From Macrostomum lignano (Eukaryota): 64,000 nt of DNA. The notes under the pieces are model-generated. The model saw nothing but the letters and a program-made list of their open reading frames with translations, had not been told where the DNA came from and searched no databases. The translations under genes were made by a program, and so were the position numbers. Positions 1 to 40,075 of this stretch are shown here, piece after piece; position 1 is the first letter of the stretch; every line of letters begins with the position of its first letter. The stretch covers positions 186,001 through 250,000 of the forward strand of contig NIVC01001256.1 of the NCBI GenBank assembly GCA_002269645.1. The letters are read 5' to 3'.

Positions 1-205
1 AGTAAATAGTGTGAATCCCCCAATAAAGAGTGTGAATCACCTAGTAAGAGTGTGAATCACCTAGTAAAGAGTGAATCCCTCATTAAATAGTGTGAATCCC
101 TCAAAAAAGAGTGTGAATCCCCAGTGAAGAGTGTGAATCACCTAGTAAAGAGTGTGAATCCCCTAGTAAGAGTGTGAATCCCCTAGTAAAGAGTGTGAAT
201 CCATC
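1..205. repeat. Minisatellite, about 20-bp unit (AGTAAAGAGTGTGAATCCCCT-like)
   Basis: About 10 diverged tandem copies. Confidence 0.85.
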
Positions 206-642
206 AGTTAAGAATGCGTCCAGTTACTACAGAAGCAACTTCAAGAGAAAATAATTTATAAGAAATTAGAAATTATGGGCAGCAAGTGACAAGAATAGCA
301 AATGTTAATAATTTAAAGAGAATTATTATATGCAATACAAACATTATTTGACGGCGAAGCAAGAAATTAAGAATAAAAAGAAAATTTTACAAGTGGAGCG
401 CAATGACCAATACACGAGAGACAGTAGCCTTCAGTTGCAGAGGAATTACCAACCAATACGGGTACAATGTTAGAGTAAGCCATTAAGTTTATTCAGAGTG
501 AAAGCTAAGTGTAAAATTATGCACAGTTAACTTAGAAATAGCTGCATATTACTTCATAGTGGAATAAACGGTTAAGAAATCAATAAAATATTGAATTATT
601 AAAATATATCAAGCATTGACACAGACGGCGGCTCGTACTTAC

Positions 643-741
643 ACTTGTTCACTGCGCAGCGGGGAGGGCGGGTGATGCTCAATGAGAGTGCGATTACAAA
701 TAGTGAAATTCCCAAAATAGCCGCTGCACTGATCCCCAGAT
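643..741 (-). CDS. Candidate CaMKII variable-linker cassette exon (99 nt, phase 1/1); an alternative acceptor at 820 gives a 178-nt exon in another frame
   Basis: Strong donor AAGT|gtaagt at 642; acceptor catgcag| at 742 gives the open frame NLGISAAAILGISLFVIALSLSITRPPRCAVNK. No family similarity to confirm it. Confidence 0.3.
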
Positions 742-929
742 CTGCATGCCATTGTTGCTGTGCAGTTAAAATTTCTTCGATTATAAGATTTCCAATTATT
801 CAGCAGGTGAGGCTCGAGATCTCAAAGGCAAAGTGAAGCGCCATGCATCCAGAATTTGGCTGGCCTACACTGACTACTGGTTCTAATTTATAATTCATCT
901 CCATGACCGTTGCCTAGGCAACCAAATGA

Positions 930-1153
930 CTGTCTGTCTGTCTGTCTGTTCCATCTGTGTGTCTGTCTGTCTGTCTGTCTGTCTGTTCCATCTGTGTGTC
1001 TGTCTGTCTGTCTGTCTGTTCCATCTGTGTGTCTGTCTGTCTGTCTGTCTGTGTGTCTGTCTGTGTGTCTGTCTGTCTGTGTGCCTGTCTGTCTGTCTGT
1101 CTGTCCGTCTGTCTGTCTGTGTGTCTGTGTGTCTGTGTGTCTGTCTGTCTGTG

Positions 1154-1212
<59 letters not shown>

Positions 1213-1375
1213 CTTAGTGTCTGTCTATCTGTCTGTGTGTCTGTCTGTCTGTCTGTCTGTGTGTCTGTCTGTCTGTGTGTCTGTCTGTCTGTCTGTCTTA
1301 GTGTCTGTCTGTTCTATCTGTCTGTCTGTCTGTCTTAGTGTCTGTCTGTCCGTCTGTCTTAGTGTCTGTCTATCT

Positions 1376-1409
<34 letters not shown>

Positions 1410-1424
1410 CTTAGTGTCTGTCTA

Positions 1425-1485
<61 letters not shown>

Positions 1486-1500
1486 CTTAGTGTCTGTCTA

Positions 1501-1545
<45 letters not shown>

Positions 1546-1560
1546 CTTAGTGTCTGTCTA

Positions 1561-1596
<36 letters not shown>
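930..1596. repeat. (TCTG)n microsatellite in CaMKII intron
   Basis: Direct reading; source of the VCLS ORFs. Confidence 0.95.
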
Positions 1597-1597
<1 letters not shown>

Positions 1598-1823
1598 AAA
1601 TCACATCAAACGAGTCAATAGTTTATCATAAGCCTCGCAAATTCCCAAACAACATGAAAATCACATCGAAAGCAAGCCAACTTCATTTGATTTTTTATGT
1701 TTTCCAGCCATTCAACAAGCGGCTCCAAGCTGCAAAATTTGGGCAGCGGGTCTCAACAATAAAAAGGTGAAAATTGCAGGTTCGCAACGCGTCTGGCAGC
1801 GGGCCAGTTCAATCGGCACTCAC

Positions 1824-28477
<26,654 letters not shown>

Positions 28478-28551
28478 TCTGTCATAGGCATACTGAAAAA
28501 GCAAACTAATCGATCGATTCTTTCGGCCTTCTAAGAACCTTATGTCGCTTT

Positions 28552-29218
28552 GGGTGCGTTCGAGTGACTTAAAATGACTTAAACTGCCATTTTAACGTCC
28601 TTAGTAAAACAAATGTTAAGCAGACTAAATGTAAAAATAATCTAGGTAAATGATAGTCAAATTACAATTAAGAATTAATTCAATTTCTAAAACCGGTCTA
28701 AGATTAAAAAAACGTCGCCTATACTTCTTCCAACTCAACCTGAACGCCTAGGCACCGTTTTAACTTCGCTCGCAATTACCACATTGAAGAATAAGAACCA
28801 AGCTGAAATAGTGACTATATTCCAAGTCCAAATAAACTACTACGTAATAACAATTAATAAATAAACAATATTAGTACTAAGCAATTATTCAAAGACTATA
28901 ATGACGGGCAGCGAACTGAGCAAAAGGACGTGAAAGCAAATGATAGAGCAAAGGTGAAGAATACAAAATATTCAATTACGATTAAATGTGGTAATTGCGA
29001 GCGAAGTTAAAACGGTGCCTAGGCGTTCAGGTTGAGTTGGAAGAAGTATAGGCGACGTTTTTTTAATCTTAGACCGGTTTTAGAAATTGAATTAATTCTT
29101 AATTGTAATTTGACTATCATTTACCTAGATTATTTTTACATTTAGTCTGCTTAACATTTGTTTTACTAAGGACGTTAAAATGGCAGTTTAAGTCATTTTA
29201 AGTCACTCGAACGCACCC
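28552..29218. mobile_element. MITE/foldback element with 234-bp inverted arms (PIF/Harbinger-like termini)
   Basis: 28552-28785 is the reverse complement of 28985-29218 (no mismatch seen by eye); 199-bp spacer; termini GGGTGCGTTCG; TTT on both flanks (candidate 3-bp TSD). Confidence 0.85.
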
Positions 29219-29836
29219 TTTAAATTGTCACAATTTCAAAAAAAATTCTGGTAATACAAACTTAATGCCTTTAAAAACTTTTAAATTACGAAAACAATTT
29301 ATATTACTTTTTTAGACAATAATAAGCTAAAAATTCACATAAAGTTTTGTTAAATCACTTTGCTGTTAAAAAAATTGAAAACTGTAAAACTGTACCGTCG
29401 CAGGACTTTCTTTATTTCATATTGCAAAGCTCAACAGTAAGTAAGCTCAGTTTGATTTAACTGTATAACTTTTGCCGACACATTTTCAGACACATCTTCC
29501 GACACCTTGCGACACTTAAGTTATACAGGTCTAGTCAGACCTATATAGACCTTATATAGGCAGTCAGACCTATCTTATGGCCATCTACTATACTTTATAT
29601 GTGTCTACTCATTTACATTATTCTGTCTGCATGTTAATTAATTTAATTATCAATATTAGTTAGAGTATCAGACCTATCTTAAGATTTTGCCTGAATTTTA
29701 AACAATAATATATCCATGCTGTGGGCCTATTGGTTTGTAATTTTAATTTTTTTTAATTTAGGGCCTATTCCTACCAATACCTTTTTTAGTAATGAATGTA
29801 TAATCCATAGTTTAGAAGGCTAATACAACTTGTACT

Positions 29837-30518
29837 GGCATTCTTTCGTCTTACAATGCCCAAAATTGTATCTGTTTCGTCTTACAATGCCCATGTTAAA
29901 TAAGCAAAAAGAGGTTAAAAATGTATACTTTACAACGAAAGAGAGCAGTGTTTTAGAGGTCTTAAATTCAGTCACACAGTTGGTTTGTACTTCTAACTGT
30001 ATTTCCACGGAAATGTCACGACTCACACGCTTTAACATTGTGTCCGCCCTCATTAAAGCTATTGAGCCATTATAATCCATTTTATTTTACAATGCCTTAT
30101 GAATAATTACGTCTGGGGCATCACGAAACGAAACGGATATTATAGCGGCACTCTTGGACTCAAACTCATACATTACACAAAGAGTCCTGTGAATTGATAA
30201 AGAAGAGGAGACTAAAGCAGTAAACCAATTTAAGGACCCAAAGTAACCCCTCCCTCACTTTCATTTTGCGATGTCTATAACAGACTGAATTACACCAAAG
30301 GCATCATAAAACAAAATGGAATATATAGCTTGCCTTTCATTAATGAACAACAATCTGTCAAGTATACGAAATACAAAATACGTGTATAGCCATAAAATGA
30401 AAATTATATAGAAACTACACCATCATGCCTACGCTATATGCTTTCTATGGGCATCGTAAAACGAACAAGGGCCGTCCCATTGAAATGCATAGCAGACATC
30501 GTAAGACGAAAGAATGCC
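29837..30518. mobile_element. MITE-like element (682 bp) with 22-bp TIRs and reiterated subterminal motif
   Basis: GGCATTCTTTCGTCTTACAATG ... CATCGTAAGACGAAAGAATGCC; related TTTCGTCTTACAATGCCC-like motifs recur internally in both orientations; TSD not evident. Confidence 0.65.
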
Positions 30519-31419
30519 TTTGTACTTGCCATTTTTTGGCATACATCAGCTTATATCCCAGTCACCCAGTGTATATGACATAGTAGAAACATTGTGTCAA
30601 TGACAAATTTTCTTGTATTGGTGCAGAAACCTGCTAGACAAATAAGATCTTGTCATTTTTTGGCATTAATACTGATGTACACAAATACCATGGTCAGGAA
30701 GGTGCGCCATGTGTGCCGCAACAAATCCATAATTTTTTAACTGTGCACAATGTGCCAAAAAATTTACATAATGTATATAATTTTATGAGTTTTTTAATTT
30801 TTAATTTCGAGTTTAAAGAAACAACTATTGTTGTAATCTTTTTTCAGGTACATATGTAATGTTACCATAATTTAAAAAACCTTTTCATGCCATTTTAAAT
30901 TGAAAGAAGCAAGTTTGTTATTGTGTTTTATCTTTTACATGTGAACTAAAAAGTTAATATAGTATAAAATATGCCAGTTAAGACGCTTTGTGTGTTGTAT
31001 ATGTATACATAGTGCACAATAAATTTTCTTTTGCGCCATATGCGCCATGTGCATCAAAAAAATCCTCTGTGTATGCCACAATTTTGTGTGAAATCTATCA
31101 CCTTCTTGACTGTGGCACAAATACACAATCCAAACTATAGTGTCTAATGAGGTCCAAAAAATTACATCTTTGCCTTTGGACTTTTTTATATAGACTACAA
31201 ATAGAAATGGTGGCCAAGAAATAGCTGCCATCTTTAATTAGTGTTATTCTATATAAGGGACACAGCCATTTTCTGTGCGATAGTCCTGAGTATATATTGT
31301 GCATATAAGAATTTTTTGCTTTGCATGCTATATGAAAGAGGGTTGAATCAAATTTACCAAGTGTTCTTCAATATATGTGAGTATTGTACAGTAGTATTGT
31401 ATATTGAGTTTTGTATTGT

Positions 31420-31640
31420 ATACACTGCACATTATTATGCATGTTATTCTGCACATTATTCTGCATGTTCCACTAGTTATTCCAAATGTTCCGCATGTTG
31501 TTCTGCACGGTATTCCGCACATTATTCTGCACATTATTCCGCATATTATTCCACACATTATTCTGAATATTTTTCCGCATGCTATTCTAAATTTTATTCT
31601 ACATGTTATTCCATACTTTATTCCACACATTAGTCTGCAC
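31420..31640. repeat. Degenerate 11-12-bp repeat (CACATTATTCTG-like)
   Basis: Direct reading; source of the short H/I/Y-rich ORFs. Confidence 0.7.
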
Positions 31641-33499
31641 ATCTATTTTTTTAACATATTTCCCACCATTAAGCTAGCTCTAGTCTAATTTACATGTTCA
31701 ATACATGATTTCCACATCAAAATGTGAAGATATAGATAGTTTTAATAAGTATGATAATCTGCATAAAATACAATTATAAAAATAATGTGTCATTAGCTAA
31801 ATTGTAGGCTGTCCACAACCTGGAAAAGCCTGGAAAAACCTGGAAATGCAAAAAAACTTAGAAAAACCTGGAAACGCCCCAAAACAAGAATAAACCTAAA
31901 AACAGACTAGTGTGGGAGGGGAAACCTAGAATTATTATTCTTCCCATGATCTGTGTAATGTGAAACTGGAATTAGACTATAATTTAGTAATGCATGCCAT
32001 AATGCTAGATGATGTGATAGAAACTTTGGTATTAAAAATGTTGCTACCATGTCATAGTATGTTACAAATACAATCTCCTATATAGACTGTTATATTCTTC
32101 TTAAGTTGTATATTTATAGCAAAAGTCTTTCATTTTATACTTTTAAATTTGTTCTTCAGTTAGTATAATACAAGAAATAAATAATCTAAATAATCTATGA
32201 AATATATTATATATAGTTGGTAGTAGGAAACATTAAATCAAGAAACATTGCTATGTACATTGCTACTACAGAGGCTCCAAATCTGATTCTATAAAGCAAT
32301 GTCTAATGAAATATTCATTTTTTAATGAAAGATAATAGATAAACAGCGCTTATAAAAATGCTTATATATTATAATGACTTAAGTAATAATATATTACCCA
32401 ATAATAAAAAGAATGTATTTTAGCATGCTCCTTCTCGATACTCCTATATTGATTTTAAAATTAGACCCTATATACAAATTTGCATTTTAGCAATTATCAA
32501 TAATGAAAAAAACCTAGCTTGCCATGATCTAGACTATGACATGTTAATTCATTTATAATTGATAATATTAATTGTATTTTATGACAAAATGACTCTTTTT
32601 CAATTATTGTATACTAGGCTGCACCCTAATTAAAATGACAAAGTGACTGAACTTTAGATAGGCAATAAACTTTATCCTAGATAATGAAATGGTAGATAAT
32701 GAAAATATAAAATATGTCACATTTAGAGACATGGCATATGGCAACCATGTCTATAATCTAAAAACTTAGACTATAGTATTTGAACTTTTAGACTGATAGA
32801 CACAGTGGCTGTGTCTATATAAAATAGAATGCGCCTTGCATTAGAGGCAATGGCTGTCAATAAAGTCTGCATAATGCCAATGGCCATGTCATTAATATTA
32901 AATGAGTTTACACTTAAAGACACAGAGGCTATACTCCCAAAGATGTTGCTTTTTAGGAAAAATTATCGTATGCAACAAGGTCTCAGGCAGTCTAATATTG
33001 CGTGCATGGCATGAGTTAGAAAAGTTTTTTTGGCATGTTTTGTGCAATAGCACCATATTTAAGGCATTTTGACACAAGTTAGATTCTGTCTATAATGTCC
33101 TTCAATGCTTATTAAGTCTTATAGACTTAGGAGACAAAGTGACTTGTCATATGGATAAATGTATAGCTCATTAACATACCTCTGCATATATATAGAAATG
33201 AAAACCTATAGGAAAAATATGTATTTGATATGCAGTTACTATTAAAATGTTTTAATTAAGTAAATCTTTTTATCTCTTCCAGACTTACTAAGCATTGAGG
33301 GCATTATAAACAGAATTTTCCATGTGATAAAATTCAGGAAAATAAAAAAACATTCTAAGCAAATCTTAGTGGAAAAAACTTGGTGGGCAATCTGCCTATG
33401 GGCAATTCACTCATGGGCAAATTGCATTGTGGACAAATCAATTCAAATGAGTATAATCAGGAAAACAAGAGCAAAAGTAAACATTCACATTTTATCTTT

Positions 33500-34110
33500 A
33501 ATAAAATAACAATTAATTAATCAACCTTTATGCAACATGTTTTGCCAAACAATTGGCATCTTCAAGCAAGGCAATAATATAGATTTAGAGAGATGGTAAT
33601 TTTTTTAAATCTAGTAGGCCAAAATGATTGTAAGTATGGGTAACAGAGTTAGATGGCCCAAAATAAGAGGCAAGCGCATGGGGTCAGAACACCCTTAGAT
33701 GGACACTCACCCTTCTATCACCAAGTTGGATGTTCATGATGGGCTTTAGCTGTTTAATGTACAATACCTCAAGAGTAGACAACTTCATAATCTGGCAGTT
33801 ACAATCAATAATATCAAATTTCTCAGCATTTCTAACTTTAGCACATTGATTGCACATCAGGAGGTGGTTATACATAGCATTAGCTCTTGTACAATGCTCC
33901 TTAACCCTTGTGTGTAGGTGCCTTTCAGTTTTATGTTCAGTGTGCTCAGCAATGCACAAGAATTTGTAGATAACTCCTGCACACAAGGTTTTTGGTACAC
34001 TGCACTTGAGTCTGCATGTATTGCGACACCTTTGTAGTCTAGAACTTATATAGAACTTAGATTTATATGGCTTGAAAGATTTGTTTCTAGTACAAAGTCT
34101 TATTATCACT
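33500..34110 (-). mobile_element. Degraded Penelope-like element fragment (GIY-YIG end plus pseudo-LTR)
   Basis: ORF 33684-34109: AGVIYKFLC...KTERHLHTRVKEH...NHLLMCNQC...KFDIID...LEVLYIKQLKPIMNIQLG; hammerhead relic 115 nt downstream of the stop. Confidence 0.8.
33531..33568 (-). ncRNA. Minimal type I hammerhead ribozyme relic
   Basis: TGC-TTGAAGA-T-GCCAA ttgt TTGGC-AAAA-CATG-T-T-GCA; stems differ in sequence from the 26110 copy but still pair. Confidence 0.6.
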
Positions 34111-34144
34111 TAAGTGATCAAGGAAACCAATCAAAAAGGCAATA

Positions 34145-34886
34145 GGCTCATTCCATATAAGCATGGTCGTAACATGACAGGCTATTTTTACTTATAAAAT
34201 GAAATATAATAATAGAATATACTAATAGAGTTTCATGTAGATATCATCATTAGTATAGATGCTATTAAACCTTGAATGGCACTTATGGTCGTAACAACAG
34301 GATTTTTGACATATAGAAACTAAAAGGTAAAAGTCTTATAACATTTTTATTTTTGATATTTTGCAATACATTTTTTAAAATTTGACTAAGAACATCTTTA
34401 GTAATCATACTCTTTTTGTAGAATATATAAACTCAAAAAGGCAACAAAGATACAAAAGAAAAGGCAGCCTTATGGTCGTAACATTATGGTTGTAACATAT
34501 TTTTTCTGTCAATTCAGTAACTTTGAGGTACCAATATATTAAAAATATAATAGATTATTTGGTCACCAATACTTTTATCTGATGATGCAAGTACTATACT
34601 TTTATCTATAGTTTGTTTCAACCTTCCAAAGCTTTCTATTTGTTTTTAAAAGGTACACAAACTTAATGATGTCTTTTGCTTAGAAAAATGTCTAAATTTT
34701 TACAAAAATGACTTTTTGCCACTTGATAGCATACTAATCTAACATTTTATCATTTATTTATTCTTAGATTGTAGATATTACACATAAAAAACATTTGGTA
34801 AAAAAATTGGCTGATAAGGCAATGGCAAGCAAAAATATTGACTTTTTTCTATTTTCCAAAAATGTCCATCTTATATGGAATGAACC
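34145..34886. mobile_element. Non-autonomous DNA transposon (742 bp) with 17-bp TIRs
   Basis: GGCTCATTCCATATAAG ... CTTATATGGAATGAACC (1 mismatch); AATA on both flanks (candidate 4-bp TSD); internal ATGGTCGTAACA motif repeated. Confidence 0.65.
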
Positions 34887-35854
34887 AATAGTCAAAAAGG
34901 TGACAAAAAACGTAGTATATCACAAATATATACAATTGTAAAACATTTCATAAACCATTATAATATATTTATGATTTGTTAAATTCTTTTATATTTGTAA
35001 AAAAATTATTCAGAAAAATGCAAGTAATTACACTTGCATGATTACTGCTCCAATTCTATGTATTGGTATGCTTACCTTAGCTATGGTCAGTTAGTGTGGG
35101 GTAGATGCAGTAGACTCAACTCAAGTAGTCTTGCAACTTAATCATCTTAGTGCACTACCAAAACCATTGCTAGCCACCCACCTGTACCTAGAACCATTTT
35201 TTATTAATGGTTTTTCATTTATAAGGCTATATGTTCACTAGTTGGCAGTTAAACAATCTATAATATATCCTTGGACTGAATTGAATCTATTATTGGTATT
35301 CTTCATTAAACTGAACAGAAACTAAAATTTCCAAAGAATATAATTTTATGTACAAAAGTAAAACATTGCCTAAAGTTGCTTCTATACTAACTTAAAATAG
35401 TAAAAATAGTTTTACTTTTACTAATACTAGGTCTAAACTATACAGGTATCTGTTTTTTCTTTGCTTTATTTCAACTTTCTTGAGTAAACTGCATACCATT
35501 TTCATTTTAGTCTCTATTTGTTTTTTAAAAAGACCTTATGATAAAAATCTAGCTATACCATATGAATGGGTCAAACTTGAACATGGCCATTTTTGTATGT
35601 CAACTGTGTATGCCTATGTTAGACCAAAAAATCCAAAGCCTTGATATCTCATCAATTCCCTTGTAAGTCTTTTAGGTCAATTGCATAGACATTTCTTTAA
35701 GGCACCCCATGCAATGTCTTGAAATCAAGAGTCAAATTGACTTTAAAAAATTACTTTTAGCCTTCCTAAACTAATATCATTTCAATGCAAAAGTGCTTTC
35801 ACTTGTTGCAGAAACTTTAGTTTGCTATTTTTAGCAAACTCCAAGAAATTCCAC

Positions 35855-37682
35855 ATGAGTCTACTAAGTGAAGTTGAGCGAGATGAAGAGCGTCGTGTAA
35901 GTTAAAGCCTGATAATTTCTAAATGATGAATGCTACCTGATAATTGACAGTGATGGCAGATTTTATTTCTATTTCAGGCTGGAGCCCGAGGCGATGGCGA
36001 TGTTGATCAGCGTAAGTGTTTTAATCAATCAGTTGCTTTCTAGAATATGTATTGGTAGTAGACTTTGCGCCTCGAGTGAGTAAAGTGCACCGTATCCTAT
36101 TTATGTGCCTCGTTAAGCCTCGAGTGAGTAGAGTACACCGTATCCTATTTATGTGCCTCGTTAAGCCTTGAGTGATTAAAGTACACCGTATCCTATTTTT
36201 GCGCCTTGAGTGAGTAAAGTACACCATATCCTATTTTTGCGCCTTGAGTGAGTAAAGTACACCGTATCCTATTTTTGCGCCTTGAGTGGGTAAAGTACAC
36301 CGTATCCTATTTTTGCGCCTTGAGTGGGTAAAGTACACCGTATCCTATTTTTGTGTCTCTCACGCAGCCGCCAACGCCCAGGAGCTGGCCGCCATGAGCA
36401 AACTGATTAGCGGCTCCGGGCTGCTCGATGTCCGCGAAGGCGAACTGGAGGTGCAGCAGCGAAATCCGAACTCGCCGTTGCACTCGGTGAAGGCATTCGA
36501 GCAGCTCAACCTGTCGCCCAAGCTCATCCGCGGCATCTACCAGATGGGCTTCATGCGGCCATCCCGCATCCAGGAGAAGGCGCTGCCGGCTCTGGTGGCC
36601 GACCCGCCGATCAACATGATCGCACAGAGCCAGTCGGGCACGGGCAAAACCGCCGCATTCCTGCTCACTATGCTCAGCCGAGTCGATCCCAACGAGAACT
36701 ATTGCCAGTGCCTGTGCCTGGCGCCCACCTTCGAGCTGGCCAAACAGATTGGCGAAGTCTGCAAGCGGATGGCCGCCTACATGCCCGAGGTGAAGATCGG
36801 CTACGCCACTAGGGAGGAGAAGTACACCAGGGACTCCTATAGCAACCACCACATCCTCATCGCCACGCCGGGGACCGCTCAGGTGGGTGAAGCTTTTCGA
36901 GCTGGCATTTATTATGTGTTAAATGCGTACAAACTTCTCCTAGAATTTCTCTCTACCTGCTCCATTCTCTTCATTTCCCTCTTCTTCCCTTTCCTCTTCT
37001 CCCCCTCCCTCTTCTCCCCTTCCCTCTTCTCCCCTTCCCTCTTCTCCCCTTCTCTCTTCTCCCCTTCCCTCTCTTCTCCCCTTCCCTCTTCTCCCCTTCC
37101 CTCTTCTCCCCTTCCCTCTTCTCCCCTTCCCTCTTCTCCCCTTCCCTCTCATCTCCCCTTCCACCTTCTCTCTGTATTAGGGCTCATTGTTCCGTCAGTT
37201 TCATATTCACCAGAGTCGCACCAATGTCAGCACCGCCCACCTCTGACTGACAGGACTGGGTGATGCGCTACCGCATCATCAACATGGCCAAGCTGCGGGT
37301 GTTCGTCCTGGACGAGGCCGATGTGCTTATCGACCAGCAGGCGTTTCGCGACATCTCCGTCCGGCTGTCCCGCCACCTGAGCCCCGGCTGCCAGATCCTG
37401 CTGTTCTCCGCCACCTTCGAAGAGCCTGTCGTTGAATTCGCGCGCACCGTCGTGCCCGAGGCTGCCACTATTCGGCTGAAACGGCAGGAGCTGACTCTGG
37501 ACAACCTGCTGCAGGTGTTCGCCCGCCCGGCTAGCATCGATATCAAGTACCAGTATGTGACCCTGACCTTCGGCCTGTTTGGCCTGGCCCAGTGCATGGT
37601 GAGTATTGAACTTGTCTGTCTGTCTGGCTGTCTTAGTGTCTGTCTGTCTATCTCTGTCTTAGTGTCTGTCTGTCTGTCTTAG

Positions 37683-37723
<41 letters not shown>

Positions 37724-37752
37724 GGCTGTCTGTCTGTCTGTCTCTGTCTTAG

Positions 37753-37791
<39 letters not shown>

Positions 37792-37900
37792 GTCTGTCTG
37801 TCTGTTCGTCTGTGTCTGTCTGTCTGTCTGTCTGTTCGTCTGTGTCTGTCTGTCTTTTTGTCTGTGTCTCTGTTTGTCTGTGTCTGTCTGTCTGTCTTAG

Positions 37901-37945
<45 letters not shown>

Positions 37946-37974
37946 GGCTGTCTGTCTGTCTGTCTCTGTCTTAG

Positions 37975-38013
<39 letters not shown>

Positions 38014-38255
38014 GTCTGTCTGTCTGTTCGTCTGTGTCTGTCTGTCTGTCTGTCTGTTCGTCTGTGTCTGTCTGTCTTTTTGTCTGTGTCTCTGTTTGTC
38101 TGTCTCTGTCTGTCTGTCTCTGTCTGTCTGTCTGTCTGTTTTGTCTGTCCGTCTGTCTGTTCGTCTGTGACTGTCTGTCTCTGTCCGTCTGTCTGTTCGT
38201 CTGTGTCTGTCTGTCTGTCTGTCTATCTGTGTCTGTCTGTCTGTTCGTCTCTGAC

Positions 38256-38306
<51 letters not shown>

Positions 38307-39596
38307 ATCCGTCTACTTACCCAAACTCGCAGGTATTCTGCCAGAGCCGTCGCGAGGCCGAGGTGCTGCAGAAGCGGCTGCAGTCCGACGGGCACGACAG
38401 CCTGGTCCTGCACGGCCAGATGGAGATCTCCGATCGGGCCAGCATTATTAGGCGCTATCGCAACTCGGAGGTGCGAATTCTCATCACTACAAACGTGCTG
38501 GCTCGAGGCATCGATATTGCACAGGTAAGAAATAGGGGGTCGCCATCATAGACTCATAATATCATAACGTCGAAAACTAGAATAGCATCGGTCTTATGAT
38601 GGCCGTTGCTAGCATTTTCGGTCTTATGATACTTCGGGTTTGTCCCAGGTTTGAGTGATCAGAATCCCAGGTTTAAGTGATCAGAATCCCAGGTTTAAGT
38701 GATCAGAATCCCAGGTTTGTGGGATCAGAATCCCAGGTTTGTAGGATCAGAATCCCAGGTTTGTGTGAATCGTGTGATCAGAATCCCGGGTTTGAGGGAT
38801 CAGAATCCCAGGTTTGTAGGATCAGAATCCCAGGTTTGTAGGATCAGAATCCCAGGTTTGTGTGAATCGTGTGATCAGAATCCCGGGTTTGAGGGATCAG
38901 AATCCCAGGTTTGTAGGATCAGAATCCCAGGTTTGTAGGATCAGAATCCCAGGTTTGTAGGATCAGAATCCCAGGTTTGTAGGATCAGAATCCCAGGTTT
39001 GTAGGATCAGAATCCCAGGTTTGTAGGATCAGAATCCCAGTTATGGGGATCAGAATTCCAGTTATGGGGATCAGAATCCCAGTTATGGGGATCAGAATCC
39101 CAGTTATGGGGATCAGAATCCCAGTTATGGGGATCAGAATCCCAGTTATGGGGATCAGATTTCCAGTTAATCCCAGGTTTGTGGGATCAGAATCCGAAGT
39201 GTGGATTCGGACCAGATTGTCACTTAATGGATCTACCCCCCCCCCAGGTAAATGTGGTCATCAACTGGGAGCTGCCGGTGATGCGGGACCGCAGTCCGGA
39301 CTTCGAGACCTACCTGCATCGCATTGGCAGGGCCGGCCGATTCGGCAAGAAGGGCATCGGGCTCAGCTTTGTTGTGGACGACACCGATGAAAGGAATCTG
39401 CGCCAGATTGAGAAGCACTTCTGTGAGTTGTTTCCCAAACTACTGTGTGCTCATTGCTTGAGTTTCATCAGCGACTTCATTACTTAATGAGACTGTCGCC
39501 CTGTCTGCCTCACTCCGCCCAGGCACGCAAATTCACGAGATGAACATGGATGACCCGGTCCAGCTGAACGAGCTGCAGAAGAAGGTGCGCAAGTAG
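35855..39596 (+). CDS. DDX19: ATP-dependent DEAD-box RNA helicase, DDX19/DDX25/DBP5 family
   Basis: Exons 35855-35896, 35978-36011, 36368-36882, 37254-37598, 38333-38524, 39248-39422, 39523-39596; GT-AG and phase-consistent. Motifs: GFMRPSRIQ (Q), [10 protein letters not shown] (I), PTFELA (Ia), TPG (Ib), DEAD (II), SAT (III), [10 protein letters not shown] (V), [12 protein letters not shown] (VI); [11 protein letters not shown] and [11 protein letters not shown] are typical of Dbp5/DDX19. The two short 5' exons are less certain. Confidence 0.92.
36066..36352. repeat. About 40-47-bp tandem repeat in DDX19 intron 2
   Basis: GCCTTGAGTGAGTAAAGTACACCGTATCCTATTTTTGC units. Confidence 0.85.
36985..37150. 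repeat. 15-bp pyrimidine repeat CTTCCCTCTTCTCCC in DDX19 intron 3
   Basis: Direct reading. Confidence 0.9.
37612..38312. repeat. (TCTG)n microsatellite in DDX19 intron 4
   Basis: Direct reading. Confidence 0.95.
38650..39190. repeat. 21-22-bp minisatellite GGATCAGAATCCCAGGTTTGTA in DDX19 intron 5
   Basis: Two sub-arrays (GGTTTGTA and GTTATGG variants). Confidence 0.92.
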
Positions 39597-40069
39597 CTAA
39601 CAAAAGCCAAGAGTGGACAATCGGACAAATGCCATTAATAATTTAGACCTGTCTTTTGTACCTTCCCTAGTGTGTATCCGGTGCGAGCCGGGGCTAATCC
39701 CTCTGGCCTTCCTTTCGTTTCTGTTTCTTTATAAAATTCAGTAACAAGCTTGTTAGTTTGCTCTTTCTTTTTCGTTATGTCGTGTTGCTCTGCACGTTGC
39801 TCTGCAAGAGGAAAGTCTGTTTTTCTTATATCGATATTTGTAAGTCTGCTTTTAGCGAGTTTTATGACGCAGTAAACGGGTATGAACTAAGATACTAGTT
39901 AGTTTGCCAGTATCTTAGCCTACAGCCAGCTTTTGTGAGTTCCACGTGTGTTTCTGTTGAAAAGTAAATCCTTTGTTGCCTCCGTATCAGCACTGTTTGT
40001 GCTTTATATTGCATGTTTTAGTTTTTTTAATCAGTGTCAAGGATGTCTTGTTCTGTTTTTAATTATTTG

Positions 40070-40075
40070 AATAAA
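40070..40075 (+). terminator. Candidate polyadenylation signal for the DDX19-like gene
   Basis: AATAAA about 475 nt downstream of the TAG stop, after a T-rich 3' UTR-like stretch. Confidence 0.4.

Noticed and set aside
36286-37263. 325-aa ORF as a complete helicase
   Set aside because: It is DDX19 exon 3 read through into intron 2 and intron 3 repeats; the spliced model restores all helicase motifs.
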